A stretch of DNA of 64,000 nucleotides. Source: Candidatus Pacearchaeota archaeon. Lineage in GTDB: Archaea > Nanobdellota > Nanobdellia > Pacearchaeales > GW2011-AR1. The translations under genes and the position numbers were made by a program. Each line of letters opens with the position of its first letter. Position 1 is the first letter of the stretch. A model generated the notes under the pieces. The model made no database searches and was not told where the DNA came from. It worked only from the letters and a program-made list of their open reading frames with translations. The DNA is taken from positions 18,063-82,062 of the forward strand of contig JAGVWZ010000016.1 of the NCBI GenBank assembly GCA_018304045.1, read 5' to 3'. This document shows positions 1 through 9,993 of the stretch, piece after piece.

Positions 1-285
1 ATCCATCACACTTTTTAAACTAGGAGGAACATAGCACCATCTTCTATTAGAAGTTAATAATGTAATTTCACTTTTTCTTACATAAAAAACATCAAACACC
101 ATGATTGCATGTGCTTTAATCAATGCATGAACAAGTCTGTCTCTAGAAGTTCCATCATATTGATGCAATTTATTATTAGCAAGTCTTTTCATTGCTTCCC
201 TAGTTTCCTGAAATTCTTGAAAAAATGTTTCTGTTCTTTCAACTCCAAATACTCCAAGCAAAGATTCAAGCATTGTTTTTTTCAT
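1..285 (-). CDS. hypothetical protein, runs off window start
   Basis: Open frame from ATG at 285 (MKKTMLESLLGVFGVERT...) to the window edge; co-oriented downstream of nrdJ. Confidence 0.55.
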   Translation of the reverse strand, partial: MKKTMLESLLGVFGVERTETFFQEFQETREAMKRLANNKLHQYDGTSRDRLVHALIKAHAIMVFDVFYVRKSEITLLTSNRRWCYVPPSLKSVMD

Positions 286-340
286 ACAAATCAACTAATA
301 AATTCAGTTTATAAGAATTATTGTAATAAAATAACTTTTT

Positions 341-2881
341 TCAGCATCTAGTATAGGTGCATTTAGAACACTTTTCACAACCTTCTTCACGAATCATTGG
401 ACTCTGGCAACTAGGACATAAGTTTGAACTTTTTCTTATTCTTGCTTTAGGAGATTCTTCACTATTTCCATTTGTATGGTTTCCATTATATCCTGCATTA
501 TATGGAGGCCCTTTTTCCAATGCTGTTCTTATAGCTTTTGCAAATGCATCGGGAAGTGATTTTACTTTATTTTCTCCAATTCCAGTTTGATTTTCTCCGC
601 CAATATCTTCTAATTGTTCAACTATTAATCTAGGATCAACACCAGCTTTTATTGCAAGAGACATTAATCTTCCACCCATTTCAGCTAAAGCAGGCAAATC
701 TCCTCCTGCTTTTCCAACAGCAACAAAACTTTCATATGGATGTGGAGCTTGTCCATCTTCAAAAGCCCAATTAAATGTTACAAATGCAGTATGGCCATAA
801 GGAGTTTTAACAGCAACAGTCCTTCCAAAAACATCTCCAGGTCTTGGTTTTTTTAATTCAGACCTAACCAATTGTTCAAGTTCCCCCCTCATATTCCTAT
901 TTGTCTTTCCATCAGATCTTGCTTCAGTATCTAATACCTGTGTTTCTAAACTTCCATCAACATAAACAGTTATTCCTTTACAACCTTTTTTATGCGCAAG
1001 AACATAAGCATCAAGAATATTTTCAACAGTTGCACCTGAACTAAAATTAATTGTTTTACTTATTGCATTATCAACATTTCTTTGGAATACTGCCTGCATT
1101 TCTATATGATGTTTATAATCTATATCCATTGAAGTCTTGAAAACATCCTGTATTTCCTTAGGAATTTCTTTAATACCCTGACAACTTCCTTTATTAGCCC
1201 TGACTTTTTCAATTATTTTATCGACATCAAGACCAGCTTCTTTTATTGCTTCAACAAAAGGAGGAACAATTACTTCAACACTATCTCCACCCCTCATTTC
1301 TTTATAGTATGTTAATGCATAATAAGGTTCAATTCCAGAATTTACACCAGCAACCATTGCAATAGAACCAGTAGGAGCAATTGTTGTTCTTGCAAGATTT
1401 CTAACTCTTTCATTAGGATTTTCTTTATCATAATCACTTTGATCAAATGCAGGAAAAACCCCTTTTTCAACACCAAGTTTAACAGATTCTTCTTTAGCAA
1501 CTTTGTTTATAACACCCATTACTCTATCAGCAAGTTCATATGCTTCAGGACTATCATAACCTATTTTCATTTTCATCAACATATCAGCCCACCCCATTAC
1601 ACCTAATCCAATTCTTCTATGTCTTCTAATTGTTTGTTCAATTTTTGGAATAGGTCCTTCATTTAAATCATTGACATTATCCATAAACCTTACAGCATGT
1701 CTTACTGTTTGTTCCAATCTAGAAAAATCAACTCCTTTATTGCTAACCATATTCGAAAGATTAACACTTCCAAGATTACATGCATCATAGGGATGAAGAG
1801 GTTGTTCACCACAAGGATTTGTAGCATCAAGTAAACCATCTGCCCTCAATAAATTATCTCTTTCAATTGTATCTAAAAATATTATTCCAGGATCCCCTCT
1901 TTTATGAGCATAGGCTGCAATTAAACCTAAAACTTTTTTTGTATCTATCTTAACAATGCCATGTTCATCAACTCTTCCAACAACTTCTTGTTTAGTTAAC
2001 ACATCTTGACCTTTTTCACCACTATATTGAATCATTCCAAGTTCATCAAGTACAGGATAACAATTAACAACATCTTGTCCTCTGATTAACAATGAAGCAG
2101 GTATTGGTTTTTTACCAACTTCAGATCCTGCTTTTGCAGTCATTATATTTATTTCTACATTTTCAAGATCTCTTGCAGTAATGTCTCTTCCATCAAATCT
2201 TAATGTATATTCTTCTCCTCTTTCATAGGCTTCCATAAATCTATTGCTCATTCCAACAGAAATATTAAAATTTCTTAAAACTCCATACATATCCTTTGCT
2301 CTTATAAAATCAAAAATATCCGGATGTTCAACATTAAGCACACCCATATTTGCACCTCTCCTATTTCCGGAATTAATTACTTCTGTTTCTTTATCAAATT
2401 GCCCTGCAAATGATATAGGGCCTGATGCAACACCTTTTTTTACTTTAAATCCACGAGGTCTTAATCTAGAAAAATTATAACCAGTTCCACCACCATTTTT
2501 ATGAACAAGTGCAGCTTCAGCAACAGCTTGATATATTTGTCCAAGATCATCTGGAACAGGCAATACATAACAATTAGCAAGAGCTTTTACTTCTGTTCCC
2601 AAATTTGCCAGAACTCTTCCTCCAGGAAGAAAATCTAGGGAAGACATCATTTCATAAAATTTTTTAGCATAACTTTCAACCTGTTTGGCATCAGCACCAT
2701 ATTTTACTTCAGCTCTTGCAGCTTCTGAAGAAATAGTGTATAATCTTTCTGCAGGAGTTTGAACTCTACCACTGTCAGTTGTAAGATATTTTTTTTCCAT
2801 AATACCTACTCCTGATTCTCCAAGCCTATCCTCAAGCATGTTTGGATTTACATAATCTGGCATTTGTAGTGTTGTAGTCAT
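341..2881 (-). CDS. nrdJ: class II (adenosylcobalamin-dependent) ribonucleotide reductase with C-terminal TSCPD-like and zinc ribbon domains
   Basis: ANCYV, GGGTG, RRGANM, TNPCGEQPL, CNLGSVNL, TIAPTGS, KGITVY motifs; terminal CPSC...CSKC; start MTTTLQ at 2881 preceded by GGAGA. Confidence 0.95.
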   Translation of the reverse strand: MTTTLQMPDYVNPNMLEDRLGESGVGIMEKKYLTTDSGRVQTPAERLYTISSEAARAEVKYGADAKQVESYAKKFYEMMSSLDFLPGGRVLANLGTEVKALANCYVLPVPDDLGQIYQAVAEAALVHKNGGGTGYNFSRLRPRGFKVKKGVASGPISFAGQFDKETEVINSGNRRGANMGVLNVEHPDIFDFIRAKDMYGVLRNFNISVGMSNRFMEAYERGEEYTLRFDGRDITARDLENVEINIMTAKAGSEVGKKPIPASLLIRGQDVVNCYPVLDELGMIQYSGEKGQDVLTKQEVVGRVDEHGIVKIDTKKVLGLIAAYAHKRGDPGIIFLDTIERDNLLRADGLLDATNPCGEQPLHPYDACNLGSVNLSNMVSNKGVDFSRLEQTVRHAVRFMDNVNDLNEGPIPKIEQTIRRHRRIGLGVMGWADMLMKMKIGYDSPEAYELADRVMGVINKVAKEESVKLGVEKGVFPAFDQSDYDKENPNERVRNLARTTIAPTGSIAMVAGVNSGIEPYYALTYYKEMRGGDSVEVIVPPFVEAIKEAGLDVDKIIEKVRANKGSCQGIKEIPKEIQDVFKTSMDIDYKHHIEMQAVFQRNVDNAISKTINFSSGATVENILDAYVLAHKKGCKGITVYVDGSLETQVLDTEARSDGKTNRNMRGELEQLVRSELKKPRPGDVFGRTVAVKTPYGHTAFVTFNWAFEDGQAPHPYESFVAVGKAGGDLPALAEMGGRLMSLAIKAGVDPRLIVEQLEDIGGENQTGIGENKVKSLPDAFAKAIRTALEKGPPYNAGYNGNHTNGNSEESPKARIRKSSNLCPSCQSPMIREEGCEKCSKCTYTRC

Positions 2882-2900
2882 TTTATCTCCTTTTTTGTTT

Positions 2901-3016
2901 ATGTCAGGAATTAAAACCACATTCTTTAGAATGTGGTAGTAATTTAACAGGTTTTAATTCCTGAACATCCTAAAAACAAGTGCCTGTCGCAAACCACACA
3001 CTAAAGTGTGTTGTGG
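2901..3016. repeat. structured repeat / candidate ncRNA, copy 1 (nrdJ leader)
   Basis: 35-bp core 2966-3000 is 34/35 identical to 18818-18852; nested stems with compensatory changes between copies. Confidence 0.7.
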
Positions 3017-3142
3017 CATATTGTTTTTTTGATTTTATGTTTACTATTTTTTTAATCAACCTCTTTCATTGCTTTCTTGAAAACTTCAAATCGTTAGATT
3101 TGAATGTTGCCAAAAATTTAAAAATTTTTTAGCATTAAGATT

Positions 3143-3577
3143 TTAATCAACTTCCTTCATTGCTTTTTTAAAATCTTTTAAATCATTAAAGTTCATATAG
3201 ACACTTGCAAACCTTATGAATGCAACATCATCTAATTTTTTTAATTTGTTCATCACCATTCTTCCTATTATTTCAGTTTTTACTTCTTTTCCCTTCTTCT
3301 TTAAATTTTCTTCAATTTCTTCAACTATCTCATCTATTTTTTCAATAGACACTGGCCTTTTTTCACAAGCTCTTATTATACCATTTTTTATTTTCTCTTT
3401 GGAAAAAGCTTCTCTTCTTCCATCTTTTTTTACAACAATAATATTTCCCTGTTCTGCTTTTTCATAGGTTGTAAATCTTTTTTTGCATTTTAGACACTCT
3501 CTTCTCCTTCTCGTACCATCAGGAGACTCACGTTTATCAGTGACATGAGTTTCTAGACCACAAAATATACATTTCAT
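3143..3577 (-). CDS. nrdR: transcriptional repressor NrdR
   Basis: MKCIFC...RRRRECLKC..RFTTYE zinc ribbon, ATP cone (VVKKDGRRE), AFIRFASVY; adjacent to nrdJ. Confidence 0.97.
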   Translation of the reverse strand: MKCIFCGLETHVTDKRESPDGTRRRRECLKCKKRFTTYEKAEQGNIIVVKKDGRREAFSKEKIKNGIIRACEKRPVSIEKIDEIVEEIEENLKKKGKEVKTEIIGRMVMNKLKKLDDVAFIRFASVYMNFNDLKDFKKAMKEVD

Positions 3578-3643
3578 TTATTTTTTATAGTTCTATATCG
3601 TGTAAACTAGGAGATTTTTAATCTCCTCCCTAACCCTGACGAT

Positions 3644-3691
3644 ATACAACCTATTGTATACCTCCTTTTTCTAAAACACAACTACTTGTGT
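3644..3691. promoter_or_regulatory. tandem NrdR boxes
   Basis: 16-bp palindromes ATACAACCTATTGTAT (3644-3659) and ACACAACTACTTGTGT (3676-3691), starts 32 bp apart, upstream of nrdR-nrdJ. Confidence 0.8.
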
Positions 3692-3812
3692 TTTGTAGTA
3701 TTCTAATAAAACAGTACTTTATAAATATTTCTGTAATTAACTACATACAATTTTTTTTCCGACGATAAATTTAAATCTAAAGATTTATAAATTAAGATAA
3801 ATTATTAACAAT

Positions 3813-4091
3813 ATGGTAGGTGAAGAACTTTTTTCAGCAAATCCAACTGCATTACTAAGCAGTTCACTTGGAATTTCAAACAATTTTGCAATAGCAATAA
3901 TTTTTATTATTACCATTTGGTCTTTAGCATGGAAAGGATTTGCATTATGGAAATCTGCCATGAAAAAAAATAAAGTATGGTTTGTAATACTATTAATTGT
4001 GAATACAATCGGAATCCTAGAAATTCTTTACATCTATGTATTTTCAGAAATGAATTTTAATAAAAAATATAATAAAATAAAGAAAAAATAA
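3813..4091 (+). CDS. small membrane protein, DUF5652-like
   Basis: IWSLAWKGFALWKSA...WFVILLIVNTIGILEILYI signature. Confidence 0.75.
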   Translation: MVGEELFSANPTALLSSSLGISNNFAIAIIFIITIWSLAWKGFALWKSAMKKNKVWFVILLIVNTIGILEILYIYVFSEMNFNKKYNKIKKK

Positions 4092-4141
4092 TTAATTACT
4101 TTTTTTATGAAGGTTCGTAAGAACCGAATAATAGAAAAATT

Positions 4142-4201
4142 CTAATTTTTCTTTTTAGCTTTTTTCTTAGCCTTTGATTTACAACAACATCCACATGGCA
4201 T
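4142..4201 (-). CDS. putative 19-aa Cys/Lys-rich micropeptide MPCGCCCKSKAKKKAKKKN
   Basis: ATG with GAGGT Shine-Dalgarno upstream, directly after iscU; not in ORF track. Confidence 0.4.
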   Translation of the reverse strand: MPCGCCCKSKAKKKAKKKN

Positions 4202-4252
4202 TTTGTTTTTACCTCTTTCTATAATAATTAAAAATATTAGAATTATATAAAT

Positions 4253-4741
4253 CTAATGATGTTCCCCATTAGCTTCTTTATCTAATTTTTCCAATTCTTT
4301 TTTATATAGTTTTTCTCCGAGGTCTTTTTTAAAAGAGCTCTTTCCATGTTTCATTTCATAATCTAAAATAGCTTTTTTTAATCCACTTGAACCAAGCACA
4401 GAGCAATGAACTTTAACAGAAGGCAATCCTTCAAGTTTATCAACAATCTTCTGATTTGATATCTTCTTTGCTTGTTCAATTGTTTTCCCTTTTGCAATTT
4501 CACATAATGCTTCAGAACTTGCAATTGCACTAACACATCCGAATGTTTGAAACTTAATATCTTTTATCTTGTTGTCCTTAACCTTAAGATAAATTTTCAT
4601 AATGTCCCCACATTGAGGATTTCCAACTTGCCCAACCCCATCTGGATTTTTTATTTCTCCAAAATGTTGAGGATTTGTAAATCTCTTCAAGACTGCCTTT
4701 GTATACGCATTAAAATTATTTTTTTCTTGTTTTTTTACCAT
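4253..4741 (-). CDS. iscU: Fe-S cluster scaffold IscU/NifU-N
   Basis: GNPQCGD, FQTFGCVSAIAS, KVHCS motifs. Confidence 0.95.
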   Translation of the reverse strand: MVKKQEKNNFNAYTKAVLKRFTNPQHFGEIKNPDGVGQVGNPQCGDIMKIYLKVKDNKIKDIKFQTFGCVSAIASSEALCEIAKGKTIEQAKKISNQKIVDKLEGLPSVKVHCSVLGSSGLKKAILDYEMKHGKSSFKKDLGEKLYKKELEKLDKEANGEHH

Positions 4742-4838
4742 TTTGTTTATTATTAGTAATATTTAATTAAACTTAGATTACCTATTAGCTTAAACTCATA
4801 TACTTTCTCATTTTTGTTATTATACATTAACGATATTT

Positions 4839-5147
4839 TCATTTTCTTTTAATTTTCTTCTTTTCCTTTAATTTATTCTCTCCATTAAGTTCTTTCACAA
4901 GTTCATCAACATCAATTCCATGAACCAATGCACCTTGTTCCAATGTTTCAAATCCAGCCATACCGCAGCCAATGCAATGCATTCCTTTTTCAAATAATAT
5001 CATGATTGCATCTGGATTTTTTTCAATTATTTCATTGAATGTCATTTCTTTAGTTATCTTTATTTTCAAATCTTTCTTTGTTTCTGAAGATTTGGAAAGA
5101 CTGAAATTGTTAGTTTCAGACAATTTCTTTATTTTTTGTTTTTTCAT
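4839..5147 (-). CDS. DUF1858 (hybrid cluster-associated redox disulfide) domain protein
   Basis: GMHCIGC...ETLEQGALVHGID signature. Confidence 0.85.
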   Translation of the reverse strand: MKKQKIKKLSETNNFSLSKSSETKKDLKIKITKEMTFNEIIEKNPDAIMILFEKGMHCIGCGMAGFETLEQGALVHGIDVDELVKELNGENKLKEKKKIKRK

Positions 5148-5256
5148 GATATTTTTTATTAATGTTTATAGAGTTTATTAGTTATGCAGTTTAGTCTAAT
5201 CAGCTTAGATACTCACTTTATTGTTGTTTAACATTAACAGTATGTCACCTTTTTGT

Positions 5257-6438
5257 TTATTGTATCGGACTCATTTTTCTTAATTTTTCAACAATTCCAG
5301 GTAATATTCCTAAAACATAATCTATTTCTTCTTCTGTATTAAATTTTCCAAGACTTAGTCTTATTGAACTATTTATTTGCATATGAGAAAGTCCAATAGC
5401 AGTAAGCACATGGCTTTTTTCAAGTGAATGTGACGCACAAGCACTTCCTGTTGAACTACTTATTCCATAGGAATCTAAAAATCCACCAATTGCTTCACCT
5501 TCAATATTATTGAATCTTATGTTAATATTATTTGCAAGTCTTTTACTTCCACTAGGCCCATTTAAATTTGTATTCGGAATTTTTAAGATTCCTTCAATTA
5601 ATTTATCTCTTAATCTTCCAATTTCCTTTACATCTTTGTGACCCATAAGTTTCACAGCCTTTGCAAAACCAACAATTCCAGAAACATTTTCAGTTGAACT
5701 TCTTAATTTGAATTCATGTCCACCTCCATGAAATAAAGGAGTTATTTTGTTCTTAACATCCTTGTTTATATACAATCCCCCAACTCCCTTAGGCCCATGA
5801 ATTTTATGAGAATTCAAAGTTAAAAAATCAAGATTCATTTTATTAACGTCAATGTCTATCTTAGTATAGCTTTGGCAAGCATCTGAATGAAAATAAACAT
5901 TATTTTTCTTACAAATTTTTCCAATTGCTTCTAAGTTCTGTATTGTTCCTATTTCATTATTGCCATGTATAACACTTACAACAAGAGTTTTATCAGTAAT
6001 AGCTTCTTCTAGTTCTTTTAAATCAATAAAACCTTCAGAATCAACATTAAGATAAGTTATTTTAGCTCCAAGTGTTTCAAGCCATTTACAACTATTCAAA
6101 ATACAATCATGTTCTATTTTTGTAGTAATAATATGATTCTTTTCTTTTCCAAAAGAAAAAAACAATCCTTTTAATGTAAAATTATTGCTTTCTGTTCCTC
6201 CAGAAGTGAATATTATTTCTTCTCTTTTTGCACCAATTGATTTTGCAATTACATCCCTAGAATCTTCAAGAGCTCTTTTTGCTTCCTGCCCAATAAAATG
6301 CTGAGAGCTAGCATTTCCAAATTTTTCAGTAAAATAAGGCAACATCTCTTTAACAACTTCATCATCAACCCTAGTTGTTGCAGCATTATCTAGGTAAACT
6401 TTTTCAACTTTTGTTTTGTTTTTATTAAATATTCCCAT
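5257..6438 (-). CDS. iscS: cysteine desulfurase IscS/NifS
   Basis: YLDNAATT, FTSGGTESNN, SHKIHGPKG (PLP Lys), SSTGSAC. Confidence 0.96.
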   Translation of the reverse strand: MGIFNKNKTKVEKVYLDNAATTRVDDEVVKEMLPYFTEKFGNASSQHFIGQEAKRALEDSRDVIAKSIGAKREEIIFTSGGTESNNFTLKGLFFSFGKEKNHIITTKIEHDCILNSCKWLETLGAKITYLNVDSEGFIDLKELEEAITDKTLVVSVIHGNNEIGTIQNLEAIGKICKKNNVYFHSDACQSYTKIDIDVNKMNLDFLTLNSHKIHGPKGVGGLYINKDVKNKITPLFHGGGHEFKLRSSTENVSGIVGFAKAVKLMGHKDVKEIGRLRDKLIEGILKIPNTNLNGPSGSKRLANNINIRFNNIEGEAIGGFLDSYGISSSTGSACASHSLEKSHVLTAIGLSHMQINSSIRLSLGKFNTEEEIDYVLGILPGIVEKLRKMSPIQ

Positions 6439-6556
6439 ATTATTATTATTATTATTATTATTAATTTATTCAGAAGATGTTTAAGTAGCAAGATTAATAT
6501 TTTATGCTCAACTTACTTATCTTACATACATTACTGATTTATATTTTTCCTCCATT

Positions 6557-6883
6557 TCATTTTATTCCTTTAGCTAAGCATTTCTTACAATATTTACTTT
6601 CATGCTGGTCTAATATTTCAAGCATAGGAAGGATAGTTTCTTTATTCAAATGATAAATTCTTTGCTTACCTTTTTGTTTCATCTGAACAATAGCACAATT
6701 CTTCAAAGATTTTAATGCATGGCTTATTTTTGATTGTTCTTCTTTTAATTCCTTTGCTAAGTCTAGAACACTCATTTCTTTTTCCTTAAGCATTCCAACA
6801 ATTCTAATTTTAAGGGGATTTGCAAGATTTCCAAAAAAAGGATAGTATTTTATATTCTCCATTGTATATTTCTTAGTATTCAT
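6557..6883 (-). CDS. ArsR/SmtB family transcriptional regulator heading the isc cluster
   Basis: FFGNLANPLKIRI...QSKISHALKSL...GKQRIYHL wHTH; C-terminal H...CKKC. Confidence 0.85.
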   Translation of the reverse strand: MNTKKYTMENIKYYPFFGNLANPLKIRIVGMLKEKEMSVLDLAKELKEEQSKISHALKSLKNCAIVQMKQKGKQRIYHLNKETILPMLEILDQHESKYCKKCLAKGIK

Positions 6884-7070
6884 ATGAACTAAGGTTCATA
6901 TATAAATGTTTCTATGATACAAAATAATCATTATCCTTACTAACAATAATGCATTTAAACTCCAATTAATCAATATAAAAGAAAAGGATGGATGTTAAAC
7001 AATAACTTATCTAACCAAGCTTACCACTTACTAAACCAAGTTTTACATTAGCTAATAATATAAATATAAA

Positions 7071-8042
7071 ATGGTAAATCATAAATGCTCAATTATTGCA
7101 GATCCAGATAGTCCTGGATGGGAATTTGCAGAAAAAATTTATCATGAGCTTAGGATGAAAAGTGATTTATTTGAACTGAACAAAATTAACATTAAAAGAT
7201 TTAGAGATAATGAAATAAAACCAAAAATAGAGCTAAATGTAAGAGAAAGATATTGTTTTTTTATCCATAATTCAAATTCAAAACCAAGTGACTGGTTTTT
7301 AGAACTTGCCTTGATAAATCAAGCCCTTGTTAATTCCTCAGCCTATAAAGTGATTAATGTTCTTCCATATTTAAAATTCAGTAGGCAAGATAGAAAAGAT
7401 GAATCAAGAGTTCCAATATCTGCAAAGGCAATAGCAGATGTAATTAGTTTATATGCAAATAGGGTTCTTACCTTAGATGTACATAATCTAGCTATCCAAG
7501 GATTCTATGATACTAAGGTTATTTTTGATAGTCTTTATTCTTTTCCAACAGTTATTAATTATTTAAAAAAACACCATCCAGAAATAATCAATAATCTTGT
7601 AATAATGTCTACAGATGCAGGAGGAGCTCAAAGAGCAAAAATGTTTGCAAAATGTTTAGGAATAAAAGATATTGCAGTTGGTTATAAAACAAGGGAAAAA
7701 ACAGGAGAAGTTGAGGACTTAAAAATACTTGGAGATGTTAAAGATAAAGATGTATTAATAATTGATGATATTGTTGATTCAGGTGGAACTTTAATAAAAG
7801 CAGCAGAAGCATTGAGAAAAGAAGGTGCAAATAAAGTATATGTTTATGCAACTCATGGAATATTTACAAAAGGATATAAAGAAGTTACAGACTGCTTTGA
7901 TAAATTATTCATAGGAGATACAATAAAACAGCCAGAGGACATTAATGCCGAAATAATTTCCTTCATACCATTATTTGCAGAAGCTATCTATAGAATCAGT
8001 GAAGGTGAAAGTCTAAGTGAATTATTCAAGGATGGATATTAA
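7071..8042 (+). CDS. prs: ribose-phosphate pyrophosphokinase
   Basis: PYLKFSRQDRK, LDVH, IIDDIVDSGGT PRPP-binding loop, ATHGIF. Confidence 0.93.
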   Translation: MVNHKCSIIADPDSPGWEFAEKIYHELRMKSDLFELNKINIKRFRDNEIKPKIELNVRERYCFFIHNSNSKPSDWFLELALINQALVNSSAYKVINVLPYLKFSRQDRKDESRVPISAKAIADVISLYANRVLTLDVHNLAIQGFYDTKVIFDSLYSFPTVINYLKKHHPEIINNLVIMSTDAGGAQRAKMFAKCLGIKDIAVGYKTREKTGEVEDLKILGDVKDKDVLIIDDIVDSGGTLIKAAEALRKEGANKVYVYATHGIFTKGYKEVTDCFDKLFIGDTIKQPEDINAEIISFIPLFAEAIYRISEGESLSELFKDGY

Positions 8043-8046
8043 ATAT

Positions 8047-9774
8047 CTATTGTCTAGCTAGTATGAATTTCTTCATTAATTCCAGAATTTCTTCTTGTTT
8101 ATTAGGCAAAAATGTAATTGAACCTGCATTTTTATGCCCGCCACCTTCAACAAAAGAATTTGGAGTGTGTTTATTCAAATAGGAAATAAGTTCATGCATT
8201 GAAAAATTAGAATCATCAGTTGCACGAATAGTTATTGCAGTCCTCATTAAACCAGCAGTGACTAAATTGTTTACACCATGGGTTTTTTGCAAATCATCAT
8301 GCACCATTCCAACACACTTTCCAGGTTTAGGATAAAATCCAAATCCAGGAAAAGTATTTTCAATATCTAGTAATTGTAAAGTTGTCTTTCCAATTTTTTC
8401 AACATCTGTATTTGACTTAGCAATAAGAAGTCCTTTTTCTTCTAATCCAATAATATAAGGTGCCATTAAACTAACAAGTTCTTTTTGTTTATGTCTTGGT
8501 TCTCCGAATATAACTCCAATATATTCTCTAACTTCCATAAATCTTACTTTTGCAGAAACAAAATCAATAACTTTTGAAATATTAACAAGCAATTCTTTTG
8601 TATAACCTTCTTTTTCAGCAATTTTTACATATTCTTTTATCAGTTCTGGATTTGTAATATCAACCCTATCTGCTAAGCCTGCAATAGCAGGAAGCACTTC
8701 TAAACCCTGAACATTATTGATAAATCTAGCTAATTCAGCACCCAACATTCCAGCAGAAAATTTGCTTCCATCTTCACCAACCAAGAAAGGATTTACATGA
8801 GTTAATACTTCTCTAGAAATAACATCATGATGTTCAAATTTTTGATTTCCTTTTTGATTTGAACAGACAGAAGATATATTATCTTCTGTATCAAAAAAAT
8901 GATGATCAATAACAATAAATTCAATTCCATGAACTTTTCCCTGTTTTATTCCAAATAAATCTTCAGGAGTAGAACCATTATCAGTTATAATAACCAAAGG
9001 CATTTTATTTGAGAATTTAGCTACATTTCTAAGAGAATTAGCAGTATCTCTAATAGAATCATCAATTTCATAAAAAGGAGCCTGACAAGGACTTCTCATA
9101 AAAAATTCATAACCTGCTTTTTCACTTCCATGTTCTTTCTCAATTAATGGTAAGATTGCTTTTTCAAGAGCATAACCAGCACAATACCCATCTGTATCAT
9201 TATGATGTCTTATTATAATTGGCCTATTCTGTATAATTGCAAGCCTGATTTCAAAAGCAGCTTTAATAATTAGTGGTTTTAATTTTTCAATAATTTCACT
9301 TTTAACTAAAAAATCAATTTCTTTAACTTCAGCTCTTTTTTTCTGTAAATGAATTATTTTTTCAAGATAAACCTTATGCTCTTCAGGATTTAATTTTTCT
9401 ATTTTTTCTATTTCCCCTTCCAACTCACCATTATATTCATTGATTGTAACAACAGCCTTTATTGTATCACCCATATCAATTTCAGGATAAGCTCTTTGAC
9501 CCTGGCCAACAAATCCTTTTAGTGCAAGAGTAGCTGTTCCATCAGAAACAACAAATATAGTTGGCCCACCAGTTTGTGTAACCTGTTCAATCAATCCAGA
9601 AACTTCAACATTTTGATTAAAAAAATCCTGATTAATATCTTTTATTTCAACACTTTCAGCTGCTTTATTCACAAACTTTTCAAATTTAGAGAATTTGTCT
9701 GATTTTTCAAATTTTCCCTTTGAAAAACCTTTCTTCTGAAATTTATTATTAAACCGATTGTTTTTGTTTCCCAT
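8047..9774 (-). CDS. archaeal RecJ-like DHH/DHHA1 nuclease with N-terminal OB fold
   Basis: RHHNDTDG, TDNGS, IDHH, GGGHKNAG motifs; OB fold QTGGPTIF..SDG. Confidence 0.88.
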   Translation of the reverse strand: MGNKNNRFNNKFQKKGFSKGKFEKSDKFSKFEKFVNKAAESVEIKDINQDFFNQNVEVSGLIEQVTQTGGPTIFVVSDGTATLALKGFVGQGQRAYPEIDMGDTIKAVVTINEYNGELEGEIEKIEKLNPEEHKVYLEKIIHLQKKRAEVKEIDFLVKSEIIEKLKPLIIKAAFEIRLAIIQNRPIIIRHHNDTDGYCAGYALEKAILPLIEKEHGSEKAGYEFFMRSPCQAPFYEIDDSIRDTANSLRNVAKFSNKMPLVIITDNGSTPEDLFGIKQGKVHGIEFIVIDHHFFDTEDNISSVCSNQKGNQKFEHHDVISREVLTHVNPFLVGEDGSKFSAGMLGAELARFINNVQGLEVLPAIAGLADRVDITNPELIKEYVKIAEKEGYTKELLVNISKVIDFVSAKVRFMEVREYIGVIFGEPRHKQKELVSLMAPYIIGLEEKGLLIAKSNTDVEKIGKTTLQLLDIENTFPGFGFYPKPGKCVGMVHDDLQKTHGVNNLVTAGLMRTAITIRATDDSNFSMHELISYLNKHTPNSFVEGGGHKNAGSITFLPNKQEEILELMKKFILARQ

Positions 9775-9993
9775 TTTAATAAAATAATTTATCCAAAACT
9801 CTCCTTTTTATATAATTAGATATAATCAGGGTTTTTAAATTATGCTTCATTTCTAAATCATATGAATATTTACCTGTTTTTTAATACTTTTTTAATAGAT
9901 GCACTTACTTAATCCAAAGATTTAGAGTTATATGCAGATATCAATATAAATTAGAAAGATGTTTAACCTCTATTTTTTATTTTAAGACGTTTG

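Noticed and set aside
341..2881. Possible intein in NrdJ (extra segment in the middle of the protein)
   Set aside because: No intein terminal C/S...HN motifs; the segment is short.
2882..2920. N-terminal extension of NrdJ (MVLIPDINKKGDK) in the ORF track
   Set aside because: Overlaps the structured repeat; SD GGAGA supports the ATG at 2881.
2901..3016. Cobalamin riboswitch upstream of B12-dependent nrdJ
   Set aside because: No recognisable B12-box motifs, and a second copy lies in an unrelated context.
6438..6465. (ATT)n tract before iscS, and Asn codon run near 12306-12325
   Set aside because: Simple low-complexity slippage with no evidence of function.
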